NCBI GenBank assembly: GCA_002633005.1
Contig: NMRA01000313.1
Span: 62,001 to 126,000 of the forward strand
DNA from: Phoronis australis
Taxonomy: Eukaryota > Animalia > Phoronida
DNA length: 64,000 bases
Reading direction: 5' to 3'
This document shows, one piece after another, positions 51,580-64,000 of the stretch. A program made the position numbers and the translations under genes. Under the pieces are notes generated by a model. That model did no database searches, was not told where the DNA came from, and saw only the letters and a list, made by a program, of their open reading frames with translations. The number at the start of each line of letters is the position of its first letter. Position 1 is the stretch's first letter.

Positions 51580-52805
51580 AACAAGAGCAATGCAGAGGGT
51601 TGAAATGCGCCCACGAATGCACCACTAACGGTGTGCTTCTAGGGGTGTTTAATTAGAACATAAAAACGGCAACTTGATGGCGCAAAATATTTGGAATCCA
51701 TCTGAGAACTTGTATGTGATTGTGTCATCGAAGCTATTGACCAAATTTCATAAAAATCCATCAAGGAACTTCTGAGAAAACAGAGGAAAGTGAAAAAATG
51801 AAATTGCCACTAAGAGGCTATAAGCGCAAAACAAAAAAAAAACATAACTGCACTAAGAGGTGCAAAAGTAGATAAAGTCGTCGGAGAATCACCAACAGAC
51901 TTCATCTTCCCATTAGGAACATAAATGCCTATTTACACAACCATCCTTAGAGTGCTTTGGTTGACAGAGGGGCAGATGCCAAATAACAAGATTCGAAAAC
52001 AGTAAAAATGGCCACAAGGTGACGCAAAATGCCTCGAATTATACCGAAAACCGGATGATAGCGTCACCTCACTAAAGGATGCCTAACTGCCAAATGTTTT
52101 GAAAATCGACGACCCTTTAAGATAAAGACGTAAACATAAAAAATAAAATTGCCACTAGGGGGCACACCGGGAGCCCGATCAGTCCAAAAGTCATCATGCT
52201 CTGTTGTCAACTTCACATAATTACACGGGCAAAATTCATTAGAAATCCTGAAGAGCATTTGGGAGATACAGCCATGGGCGCAAAAAACAAACAAAACTGC
52301 AACTAGGCGGCGCCATAGTATTCCAAGTCATCGCAAAATCATTGTCAGTCGCCCTCTTCACAGTAACAACATATAGACCAATTTTCAAAATCATCCCTGA
52401 AGCGGTTTGGTTGATAGCATGGCAGACGCCACAAAACAGACTCGAAAACAGTAAAAATGGCCACTAGGAGGCGCAAAGTACCTCGAATCCGTCCAAAAAT
52501 CGTAGGATGGCATCATCTCACTAATAGATGCCTAACTGCCAAATTTTATGAAAATCTGTTGAGGACATCCGAAGATACAGAGGTAAGCGTAAAAAATTAA
52601 ATTGCCTCTAGGGGGCACACCAGTAGTCGGAGAGGTCCGAAATTCGTCTTCGTCCGTCGTCAGCTTCTTAGGAACACATCTGCCACATCTCATCAAGATC
52701 CTGTGAGGGGTTTAGGAGATACAGCTGTGGACGCCAGACACCCGGACGCCCAGACAGAGATGAAGGCAATATGCGACCACATATAAATATGTGGGCACAT
52801 GAAAA
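51580..52805 (+). mobile_element. HINE / DINE-1-like element, long copy with internal tandem subrepeats (ARFRP1 intron 3)
   Basis: Starts aacaagagcaatgcagagggttgaaatgcgcccac and ends atgcgaccacatataaatatgtgggcacatgaaaa. Internal ~440-bp duplicated modules (cgaaaacagtaaaaatggccac at ~51994 and ~52443). Confidence 0.75.
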
Positions 52806-53172
52806 CTGTGTGTATTCGCAACAATGTTAGAAGCAATAAAAAATGAAAAAGGTCTGAACTTGGTGACACTATTTCCTAGGAGTATTTCCAATTACACACT
52901 CTCGATTGTTTCTAGACACTGTTTTATGTCATGTCAACAATAACGGGTGACTGGATATCCACCAGGTGGCACTAATGAATAAAGGCCCCTATTGCCAACA
53001 TCTGAAAACACTGAGAGCAGAAAACTGTTCACCAGCATGGCGAGCGCAGGAGTGTCTGTGGACTAACTGTCCTGAGAGACTACACAAATGCTTGTACTTC
53101 TACGGATAGGCCAATTGTGAATCTCGCTGGTGCCAACTAGTGAATCCCGAGTCAACCACACATGTGACGTAC

Positions 53173-53255
53173 CTTGTCCCACAGACTCTGTAGTTCTTCT
53201 TGTCCACCAAGATCCCAGAAGTTCAGCCGTGTCCACCCAATGTCCACTTTACCAA
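53173..53255 (-). CDS. ARFRP1: ARFRP1 coding exon 3
   Basis: atgtag|TT ... AAG|gtacgt; 83 nt encode (I)GKVDIGWTRLNFWDLGGQEELQSLWDK (G3 motif WDLGGQ). Confidence 0.96.
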
Positions 53256-53830
53256 CTACATGCAAATTAAATTATTTAAAAACAAATAATTTAACAAAAC
53301 TAATTTCAATTCGTCGTCAGCTTCGTTATCAATATTGCATAAAGCAAGGCCATCAAAACCAAGACATGAAATTAACACGCTCGAAACAAATACGACCAAA
53401 ATTGAAATCTATCATAACTATCGACGGCTTGATATTCACTAGGTGGCGCTAATGAGTAAAGGTCCCTCTTTCTGACATATGAATGGTTTGAGAGCACTAA
53501 GCACTTCATCAGCATGGGAGCGCTGCTGTGGTAAGGGAACACATTTATGTAATTTACTTGAAAGCAGACATTTCTATGGGATGGTCCCCTACTTCACTTG
53601 CGACAGCCGGCGAATTTCGAGTTCCCAATCTCATCAACAACATTGCTATGAAAACCAACACCTCTTAATTAATCGTTCACCAAATGCACCTAAAATTGTC
53701 ATCTCTGACAGTTTTGTCTGTAAACTACTGGAAGTAGTCACAAACAGGGGGCATCAGAAGAGAGAATTTCAGTCATTAACAACCCAACAGAACGTGGTGA
53801 GTATGAAACAATATAAAAGTAGCACATTAA

Positions 53831-54792
53831 AGTGTACACAACATGACTCTAGTACCTCAAAATAAATTTTATTATTATATCTTACTAGATTTCAGTGCCT
53901 TTAGTGCACAGCTCATAAAGAAACACGCAGAAATTGAAAAAAATAATAATTATGTACAACGTCATGGGTTGAACCCAAGTTGTTCGCCATACTGTTCGGA
54001 TCAGAGACAAAGTGTATTGAGTGAAGAGAAAGCAAAATACATTTAGCGTCGAGAAGTTTCGTAGAGGGATCAAAAGATGTGTTTCCGGAGGCTGCAGCAA
54101 CAGTAGCCAGGCGGAGAACGTCTCGGTGTTCCGAAGGATACCAAAGTTGCGCAGAAGTGGCATCGCTTCGTGTGCCAAACGAGAGTGTGGGACGTCATCG
54201 TGGACCAAGCGATTTTATCCGGGCCACTCTGTGTTCTGCCCATTTTGAGGACTCGCGTTTCGACTCCGGTCACAAGAGACGTTACGATGAAGGCCTGGTT
54301 CAATAAAGGACAATATTTATCATTCAGAAACATCAGCTCTTAGTTCAGGATCGTCTGTTGGATGACTGGGTTGACTCGCCGAGCCCGAGGCCGCTTCTCT
54401 CACGGAAGGATCCAGTTCGTAAGGCTCAAAGTAGAAAAGTACGCTGCCGGAAGCACATTAAAGTTATTCTCGCTTTCGTGCAACCCCATTTCCTCATCCT
54501 GGCCACCATTCCCGTACGTTTCTTCATAGTATTCGTTCAATTTTTGCTCATAACCGTCGTCGCTTTCAAATTCCCTGCTTTCTGCCATTGTTCAATGCTA
54601 GTCACTAATCTCTTGTGTTCAACCCATCACGTCACATGGCGGGAAATGTGAAAATTGGCAAAATTGAAAGAGAAATCAAAATTTCGAGCTAATTACACAA
54701 AATAAACATGGGTTTAGCTAAATTTTACGTCATACATTTAGTTTGTGGCCACCGGTAATTCAAAATGTGCAAAAATCCATGGTGTGTACTGT
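53831..54792. mobile_element. Second Kolobok-type deletion derivative, in ARFRP1 intron 2
   Basis: TTAA at 53827-53830 and 54793-54796; TIRs agtgtacacaacatg / acagtacacaccatg (12/15). Frameshifted THAP on + (KRCVSGGCSNS..FPKDTKVAQKWHRFV..ATLCSAHFEDSRF); acidic KolX-like N-terminus on - (MAESREFESDD..FYFEPYE..RADVSE). Confidence 0.8.
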
Positions 54793-55149
54793 TTAAGACA
54801 ACGAAAGAGTAGCACAAGTGAATAACTCCGTTCCACAATAAGATCGGGAGTCAATTTCCCCCATATTGTCAATCAGAATAAACTAATGGTTAGCCTCCTT
54901 AACTAAAAACACTAAATTGTAACAAACAATTTTTGAATTATGCAACAACGTATGTAAATTTGTGAATTTAAATGCACATATATGAAACCACGATTAGACT
55001 AATTGATGTGGGTAATTTTACTCATGGAGAAAAAACCTGTGGGTTATCTCTTATCACGAAAGGATCCTATTTCTGTTACCAAAAAGAACACTGAAACTTT
55101 CAATGACTTAAGAAAAAGTTTCAAAGTTTAATGGGGTTCGCCAACCCTA

Positions 55150-56025
55150 AAAGTGCAACCCGGAGCGTTGAAGTGCGCCCACGAATGCAACGCAAATGGT
55201 GTGCTTTTACAGTCGTTCGTTTGTATCATAAAAATGACCACTAGATGGAGCAAAAATGTCCAATCCATTCGAAAACGGGAACATTGTTTCTTTAATAGAA
55301 AGCTTTTCACCAAATTTCTTAAAATTCTGTCAGGGAATTTCAGAGAAACAAAGGAAAACGGAATAAAATGAAATTGCCACTAGGGGACACAGAGTTCGTT
55401 GGATCCACCTGAAAGTCGCCATTGTCTGTAGTTAGTTCCATATAAATGCACTTACCAAATTTAATAAACATCCTGCAATGGCTTTCGGAGATACAGCCAT
55501 GGGCGCAAAACAAAACAAAACAAAACTAACACTAGGAGATGCCACAGTGGTCAAAGTCGTCATCGTCCACCGTCCTCTTAACACTGAGAACATATACGCC
55601 AATTTTCAAAACCATCCTTAGAAGGTTTGGTTGATGGAGGGGTGGATGCTAAAAAACATACTCAAAAACAGCAAAAATGGCCATTGGAAACAGGAATATA
55701 GCATCATCACACCAATAGATGCCTATACTTAAATTTTTTTGAACATCCGTTGAAGACCTTTGAAGATACAGAGGTAAACGTAAAAAACTAAAATTGCCAC
55801 TAGGGTGCCCACCGGTAATCGGATCCGTCCGAAACTTCATTCATGCCGTCCCATCCATGTGAGGAACACATGTGCAAAATTTCATGAACATATGTCCAGG
55901 GGTTTTGGAGATAAAGCAGCAGACATCGGACAGATGCAGGATGGATGCAGGCCGGATGCCGGACGGACGCCGGACGGAGATGACGGCATAATGCGTCCAC
56001 ATATAAATATGTGGGCGTATAAAAA
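55150..56025 (+). mobile_element. HINE / DINE-1-like element, third copy (ARFRP1 intron 2)
   Basis: gttgaagtgcgcccacgaatgc near the start; ends atgcgtccacatataaatatgtgggcgtataaaaa; ggac/ggat short repeats precede the terminal hairpin; internal modules shared with 51580-52805. Confidence 0.7.
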
Positions 56026-56352
56026 TTGTGAATTCAGAAATGGCGCATGTACACATTATCTTCACTAGAGTAATTGTTGGTAATAGAAACAGAATAATAT
56101 GCAGTGAGGAATTTTATGAGACTGATATCGAGAGAGAAAAAGGCCCAACTGGATTTTGTTTCTTAATCCAGTTCAACCAGGTCGAAATGCATCTTTAAGA
56201 GACGCTTATTAAATGTTTAGTTATCACAACTTGCCAGAGTGAACTTTAATATCCCACCGAGGCACAAAGCGCGTGTACCAAATTACGAACCCTGTTACTG
56301 CAGCAGCCCTCGAAGGCTAGCGACATGCAGAGGGTATAAAGAGGGTACTCAC

Positions 56353-56440
56353 TGTTAAGACCCACTGTGGCGGTGATTTTAGACAGATTTATTCCTTTGT
56401 AGTTCTTGTTGAACTTTGTTTTAGTTTGTTCTAGATACGT
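56353..56440 (-). CDS. ARFRP1: ARFRP1 coding exon 2
   Basis: ttgcag|ACG ... AAC A|gtgagt; 88 nt encode TYLEQTKTKFNKNYKGINLSKITATVGLN (switch I TVGLN). Confidence 0.96.
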
Positions 56441-56857
56441 CTGCAAAGGAAAAGAAACACAACCAAAAGGATGTAAAATGATAAATACTAATATTAAATG
56501 ATAGACATTTTGATTCGTTATTCATTAGACAATTAATTTTGTAGGGCATTGTTTTAGAAATCACGGACCTCCCTCGCCATAACTAAAGGTGCCTGTGCTG
56601 TCTGAGGGGAATGTTTTCGTGCGATGGGAAATCTCCAAACACGGTCACCATCAACTCTACTGCATGAGTTAAAAATGATTCTAAACCATAACGGAATATT
56701 CTGATCATTGGAAGGAATTTTTGGGCTCAACAGGCAAAAATAGCTCGCTCAAAAATAGGAGCGACGGCATATTTACGCTTGAGAGACTTGAAAAAAAAAT
56801 CAATGTTTTGCCAATCTCTACATGGCCTTGACACTGTTAAGAGTCATGACTACTCAC

Positions 56858-56950
56858 TGTTTTACCAGCATTGTCCAGGCCCAGGATGAGAACAAAGTAT
56901 TCCTCCTTCTGCCTCATATATTTCCACAAGCCTGACAACAAGGTGTACAT
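56858..56950 (-). CDS. ARFRP1: ADP-ribosylation factor-related protein 1, coding exon 1
   Basis: tttttcag|A-ATG, so an upstream non-coding exon is implied. Encodes MYTLLSGLWKYMRQKEEYFVLILGLDNAGKT: the ARFRP1 N-terminus without a Gly2 myristoylation site, plus P-loop GLDNAGKT. Donor gtgagt. Confidence 0.96.
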
Positions 56951-59059
56951 TCTGAAAAAAAAACAGGATTGTGTCTTCATAACAGATTCACTGTTAAGCT
57001 AGTAGGCTCCAGTAATGGTCATCTTCATTTCTAGTACTAGTAACTAGTATTCGGTGCTCCCAAAACTAAAGTTAACTATCCCTAAAGCATCAATATGTCG
57101 GAGCAATCATTTTCCGTTTTCCGCTGATAATTTGCCCAAAAACTAACACGATAAAAATTGTTTTTCAAAGTTAACATGCATCATTTCCCAAATTGTATTT
57201 CAACGCTAATTTTCACACTGATACTTGGCTGGTAGCTACGGTACAAAGTTGTATATACACAGCTTTGAAACAATGAGGGTAAAAAGAACTGGCAAAATAA
57301 AATCTGTCCACAGAATTAAAGTAATTAAAAGCTACATTCGTACTTGAGTAAAGCCACTAGCTTGTAGGTGCCAAAACTAATGTTATTCAGCTGCTAATTT
57401 GTGGAGCGAAAATATACGTCAGCTTTCAGTGCCAAGAAGTAAAGTGACGTCAATTGAACAAGTACTTGTTTTCGCCAATTCTTCATAAATTAACTTCTCT
57501 TCTGCAGTGTACAGTACAGTTCATAACAAATTGCCAGACCTAGTTTCATTTCACTTCAGTTCTTACTAATTTCATAACCAGAAAACAATTTTGCTCCATC
57601 AAAGTAGTCATTGTCACCCAAAAGATGTCGTAAAAGTTTTGCAAACTGTGCACGCACATGTCAAGAGCGAACTGTTTTCAAATTTCACACAGTCCAGGTA
57701 GTTCTGCTGTCCTCAAACTTAAACCAACATGTGGTGTTACCAACTGGCGGGAGCATGCAAGATCCGGTAGTCAACCGACACTCATCGTGCCCATTACAGC
57801 TGTTTGAGTGAACAACAATCTTTTTTATAAGTATCATTTTCTTGTGTTATTCTCGAGCTTTTGTAAAAAAGAAAAATATCTTGTTGACTTAAAAACACTA
57901 CACACATGACACGCTCATGCGTCATTATAATTTTTGTGACATCTTGCAAGCGAAGACAACAGCTTCGCCATTCAAAGCAAAATTTGCTTTGAAATTCGGT
58001 TTGCTGGTATTACTAGTATTTAAATAAAAAAATCATAATGAAGTGAAACCAGAGTTTCAATAAATGGTGTGACATGCACCCAACCTCATGGAAGAACAGT
58101 TGATTGAAGAATCGGGGAAAAAGAAAGTGGCCAATAGTTGACTATTTCATGTCACTGAAACTCAGTGAAACCTAATGTATAAGATCACTCCACAACATGG
58201 GAAGCAGAATAATGGTACTGAAAGTAGAAGGGTATTTTTAGAACTGGAGTATTTGTCTATGTGCAAAAGGTAACAACATGACTTCGATGGTTTATTCAGT
58301 GTGAGGCATAACTCGCTGAAAAACTTTGGGCATATGACGGCCCTATGGCTATGGTATGGCCTTATTATGGGAGCATCACCATCTCTGTTAAGTATAGATG
58401 ATGGAGCTCCTATAGGCGCTTCATACGCTGGAAGCTTTTCGGCAAATTGTGCCTCACAATGAATAAAACATCAAAGTCACATTGTTACCTTTTGTGCATA
58501 GAGGGACACCTTAGGAAGCCATCTATATATTTTTAAATTAAAATTACTTCCAACTCGAAGAAATACTCCCACAGTAGGTGGTATGATGTCAGTTACCGAT
58601 TTTGGGAACTGAACGAGGAACTGCTCGAAGACAAAATTCAAATGACAACGGGAATATTTCTTCAAGTTCGAAGGAATTAAAAACATCGATGACCTCCTAA
58701 TGTGTCCTTCAACGTGCAAAAGGTATTTATAACAATGTGACTTAAGTGTTTATTGAGCGTGAGGCGTATGAAGCTACACTCTATCTAGTCGGCCAGAGAC
58801 GGTGGTCACTGTCTATTGTCTGAAGTGATGATTTTCATAGAGCTAGCTTGTCTTAACCAGACTCTAGGGATCGAGAATTGTCTAAGCCTAAGTCAAAATA
58901 GGCTACACGAAACCCCTAGACTGACTAGACATGGGCCAGCAGCATACACGGCAATGTAATTCTTGCTTAAGTAAGACTAAGACAAGTCAAAGACAAAACG
59001 TGAGATGAGATTGGTTTTTGAGAAGTCAGATTAGAGCAATCATTTAAAAGTATTTTTAC

Positions 59060-59360
59060 ACAATTTATCAATCTTGCCTCGGTCCTTGGATTTTCAATAC
59101 AACCCCAGTCTTTAGATGGCTTTATCCGGATTTATCCGCTTGCTTCATAAGTCATTATGAATCGTTCGAACTCAAAATATAATGTTTTGACGTGTTAAAC
59201 GGAAGTTGTCACTCAGTTGAAGGACGATGCCATTTTGAAAGGTCCCGGATTATCATCGAAAACGGACAATAGATGGTAGTTTAGTCGTCTTTTCTACTCT
59301 GCGCGATCGGAAGGCATGCATAAATCCACGCTCTCGGTCTTACGCATGGTTATCGACATG
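59060..59360 (-). promoter_or_regulatory. Candidate ARFRP1 promoter / non-coding first exon
   Basis: Locally CpG-rich, with YY1-like aaaatggc and ETS-like acttccg on the - strand, about 2.2 kb upstream of the acceptor preceding the ATG. No canonical donor identified. Confidence 0.3.
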
Positions 59361-60636
59361 TTAACCAGATATCTTAGCTCAGTGAATGCACTTATTTTCT
59401 GAAACTGGAAAGCTTGTAGAATTTGCTTTTGACTTGAACACTCTGTCGTCATTCATTGGCGGAACATGCCATGCCGTGGTAAAATTACTGAGTTAGCAAA
59501 AAAGAAAGACACATCGATAGCAAAATAACTTCAACATGTCCAAACTCCCGATTTGATACACATGTCAGGATGAAATCTTCAAAACACTGTAGTGCAAATT
59601 ATCATTTCGTATTCGTTTTATACAAATTTCTATTTTTTTCATGATTATCATGAAAGTCGTATTTTGGTAAACCCTCATGCAAAAGTGAGCATTTTAGAAA
59701 AATTTCCAACCGAATACTGGAGATCGGTGTATAAAGCGCCATATTTGAAGTTAAGTGCAAATTTAGTCGTCCATTTCTGAGATTTAATGTTCTGGCGGAA
59801 ATTGGCCAAATTTGGCCATTTGCGTTCTAGCCCTGAGTCAGAGCACCTGAAATGAAGGTGAACTGGTCTTTTTGTCGGATCATACGGTTTAAGGGTTTTC
59901 GTATGGAGAAAGGCGGTAATTCCGCAGAGCACTTTGGTTAGAAAAATTCAACACATTAACAGCTATAGTGAACAGAAGTGAGATACTGCAGCTGATGCAT
60001 GCTAGAATTATGGATCTCATTCCATGTCATGTCATTATCTGTGCATGATGAATTATAGAGCTTCAATCATAACATGTTTGTCAGTCCAGCGCAGGTCATT
60101 TTAAAACTTCATATCACTGAATCAACTCTCAATGACAGTTTCGCCGTTGGCCTTTTTCCAACTAACTCGGTTCACAGTGTAGGCCTATTACTTCGGCCGG
60201 GCCATAATGTTTTCCTGTCCAAAGACGAATACTCGACGCTTCATTTTGGAATGCCGTTCTTTCTGAAAACTCCGACAGAGTAGCCTAGTAGATCAAATGC
60301 TGGCACCCAAATGGGGGGGTTGAATTTTTGAGAATGTGGGCCTTTTAGTAAAAAACCGGGGTACGTTCAGAGATATGAATTGTGCATTCGTCGAATTTTG
60401 GTAGTTCCTGCCTTTTTAGCGGATTTTTGTCTCGTTTTCTACTTTTTCGGACTTTTTGTTTCTCTGGGGCGTACCTTTTTGTCCATTTCGCCAAATGGGA
60501 GGCTCTTTCGGGCCCCCAGAACCCCCCGCGGGTGCGCGCATGAATTATGGGACGGGGTGTTGCCGACACAATCACATGAGGCCAGGCAGGGGATCTAATT
60601 AGTCATAACTAGTGTATCTATATACAGACGTAATCC

Positions 60637-61485
60637 AACTACTAGAAAGTAACTGAGAGACAACCCTTCTCCAGGCTTCTCGAATGAATAAGTCAATCCT
60701 TGCCAACTCAGTGAAAGTTTCTGACTCGAATGTCACCCGGTGCGATCTCAGTGATCAAAACAGCAAAACTCACCATTTGCATAACAACCCTATGTCCAAA
60801 TTCTTATCCTAACGTGTTGTATTCTATTCTAGGTACCCAACTCGTTTACCCGCAGTGTGATGTTATTTCAAAGATATAACATGAATGAACCGATAAACCT
60901 GGCGTTAATGGCGACAACACCCGTGGCATTCAAAACCTAATGATACCGTTCCCGCAATCATACCTACGGCGCCAATCGACTCTTGGAAATGCAGGCTACA
61001 CTATAAGCTACCGAGACAGGGCACAGGACACAACTATTCCCCGTACAAGTGACCTTTCCANAACAACTAGAAAGTAACTGAGAGACAACCCTTCTCCAGG
61101 CTTCTCGAATGAATAAGTCAATCCTTGCCAACTCAGTGAAAGTTTCTGACTCGAATGTCACCCGGTGCGATCTCAGTGATCAACACAGCAAAACTCACCA
61201 TTTGCATAACAACCCTATGTCCAAATTCTTATCCTAACGTGTTGTATTCGATTCTAGGTACCCAACTCGTTTACCCGCAGTGTGATGTTATTTCAAAGAT
61301 ATAACATGAATGAACCGATAAACCTGGCGTTAATGGCGACAACACCCGTGGCATTCAAAACCTAATGATACCGTTCCCGCAATCATACCTACGGCGCCAA
61401 TCGACTCTTGGAAATGCAGGCTACACTATAAGCTACCGAGACAGGGCACAGGACACAACTATTCCCCGTACAAGTGACCTTTCCA
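60637..61485. repeat. ~424-bp near-identical tandem duplication across a single-n gap
   Basis: 60637-61060 vs 61062-61485 differ at only ~3 positions; n at 61061. Confidence 0.95.
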
Positions 61486-64000
61486 GGTGGCTGGGGCATT
61501 TGGCATCGGTCATTGGGAGAGCATCGATAGGCTTATGTAAACTTTAATTCTGTTGTTCACAGTTAAACCGAGTCATTGAACACATGGCACTCACAGCTGT
61601 TCGCCGCCAAGGGAGAATTCGTTTATTTGTTATTGTCACGGGCACGCTCCTTTCGACATTCTTTTAACACCTGGTCATTGCTTGATTTCTTCTTCGGTAA
61701 TTAGACAGGATGATCGCCTCTGACACTATTAGCTAGTTAGTAATTTCCCAGGATCTCCGTTAACTTCATCTGCTATCTCGCACTCCTATAAAAACCCAAT
61801 TTGAATAACTAGTATTCATGAACACTCGTGTAGAAAAAACATTCTTCAGATCCCGGCAACCTTTCCCGTCACCACTAAGTCGCCGTTTTCAGTTTCCAAA
61901 TGCCTAGATAAGCCTACGCGGGAAGGCTCGTGGGTTTTGAAAATGGAATTCGAAATTGCATGCCCATAAATGCTCGTCGGTGAAAAATGTCGTTATTTTC
62001 CTCGAGGTCCGACGGGCCCGCCGTGCGCGATTTCCGAAAAAAATGCTCACTAAGTTTTCATCCTTCAGACACGAAACACTTTAGCTACGGCTTGCCGTAC
62101 TTGACTTCGACCATAAAAGTCCTTATAGATGTTCAACGGTTTGAAGACAGGCCTGAAACTGACACATTTACGGCTGGGGGCTCTCTTGTTGTGTGAGTTT
62201 ATTAAATTGTTAATTTAAATAAATGACGTTTTTTAAAAACCTTTTTAACCGTACATTATATAACTGAAATATCCCTTTCTATCCAGAAATGAAGAGCGCA
62301 GAGTTGACAGGCAATAGACTAATTACCAGAGTCAGAGAGAGAAGTAGACTCCAGCCAGGGACGAAACTTCTTCTCACCTTGAAAGAGTAGCTGGGCCGCG
62401 GGATACCACTCATTATCTCCTTCCAAGCGTCGCAAGTAACTTAAGATTATACACATGACATCAGCCCTCAGCGTGACAAATTTCACGGTAACTTTTCAGC
62501 ACTCAGTGACCCCAAATTTGTGGATGGCATGACACTCCACGGCAGCTGTGCTAAATGAAGCGTGTAAGAAGGTTTGTTTTTGACATCAGTCACAACAATA
62601 CTGAGAGAAATCTTAATTGAATCCAATATACGAAAACAACCGCGATTGTGCTATACTCAGCAGATGTCTATAAATATTTTGGAATGTTTTGACAGCCAAA
62701 AACAGCCGCCTATCGCTGCAGATTACTACGTTGTCCTCATAGTCACAGCCGCTAGATGTCACTACCGATTTCTCCCCTTCAGGATAATTCGACGCCGTTT
62801 TATTGTGAAAAACTGGGCTACTAATATGATCACAGTCTTTCATTATTTTAAACTCGAATTAGTGTTTTTGAATAAAAAATACTCGAAACTTTTGCGTTTT
62901 GCATTGTTTGCCCAAAACGTAAAATGGTCTAAGGCTCGGATTATTTTGTAGAGGGTCCCGCACTGAAGAGCATGAACCACTTGGTTGAGTTAGCAGGTTC
63001 CGCCGGGTGAACCGGCTAAAACTTCCGGCTGTTTCTCGATGATGACTTTCGGCTTACAGACCAATCAGAAGTTTCAGCCTCTTCACCCAGCGCAACCGGC
63101 GAAGTCAATCAAATGCAGCAATGTACTTTCTACCCGACGAATAACACGAAGTACTGTTTAAGTTCTGTGTGGCTAATGACTGAACATTAAAAAACCGTTA
63201 GAAGACCACTGGGCAGCGACGTATATTTTTGTGTTGTTTTTTTTTAATTTTCATAATTCTCTGTAAATTTCCAAGATGGTGAGACATGAAGCTAACTAGT
63301 GTAAATATATGCCATTACTTTCTATAGCTTTGGCTCGGCATTGCGGGACAGTGATTATTAAAAAAACAGTCATTGCAACAACACACAAATCAGATTGACA
63401 CCACGTTTATAGTAACTTCAGTTGAATCAACATCACCAGTGACTTAATAGTATAAGGGGCAGCATCTCAACTTGCGACAATGGAAATCTTGAAATAACTG
63501 ACTAACGTCAGCAAATCAGTAAACTGATCTCAAAATATCCTTTGCCGCCAATTGGTTTCTTCCATCAAATTTTACTGAGATCACCGGCGATTGATAGCAA
63601 GCGGCCAAGTCGGCTTGAATAGGCTAGACAGGGACCCCAAAAATTGAAAGAATTTGAAACCTCTATTTTACTTGCCAGTATCTTGAACGGCTTCATTAGG
63701 CATGGGGATATTTTTCGCAAAATGTTATCAGGTCATGAAGGTTCATTGAGACATTTGTGTTCCACGTTCTACTCGATAAGCGAATTGTTACACCATATTA
63801 TGTTGTGTGGATTTGAGGAACCTGGGGCGCGTGTCGCAGACGCAAGACACACGAGAACAAAGTCTGTGTGATCGCGTGCTACGCTTGTACCATATTGCGA
63901 TATCGTTATTGATTTTCTTACAAAAAATACTACACGGGACACAACCCTGGTTGACCATTTTCGTTTTGTGTAGTGAGCAAAAAGGAAATTTCCCTACGAA

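Noticed and set aside
58543-58680. Protein-like + strand frame (..SRWYDVSYRFWELNEELLEDKIQM..)
   Set aside because: Short, no start or clear splice sites, no recognised family; lies between 11-bp inverted repeats (gcttcatacgc) suggestive of a TE relic.
60045-60120. C/D-box snoRNA (ATGATGA...CTGA, ~76 nt apart)
   Set aside because: No terminal stem and no recognisable rRNA-complementary guide; such motif pairs arise by chance.

Overview
AT-rich, intron-rich eukaryotic DNA, most likely from a heterozygous invertebrate animal draft assembly; the taxon cannot be fixed from sequence alone. It holds two convergent spliced genes. On the + strand are the last three coding exons of a DIPP/NUDT3-4-like Nudix hydrolase (10944-11099, 21636-21720, 35200-35324); its first coding exon was not found and probably lies upstream of the window. 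On the - strand is a complete 7-exon ARFRP1 (56950 to 45639, 202 aa). The rest is intron, UTR or intergenic sequence full of non-autonomous transposons: Kolobok derivatives with THAP-transposase and KolX remnants, Helentron-type HINEs carrying CTCF-consensus motifs, Harbinger-like MITEs, SINE/LINE fragments and minisatellites. Two tandem duplications centred on single-n gaps are probably haplotype assembly artefacts. The most notable candidate for something undescribed is at the ARFRP1 stop: UGA-CGG, a hairpin starting 9 nt downstream, and a 90-codon in-frame open extension with a hydrophobic stretch, suggesting programmed stop-codon readthrough. Almost all ORFs in the supplied track are spurious or only partly overlap real exons.
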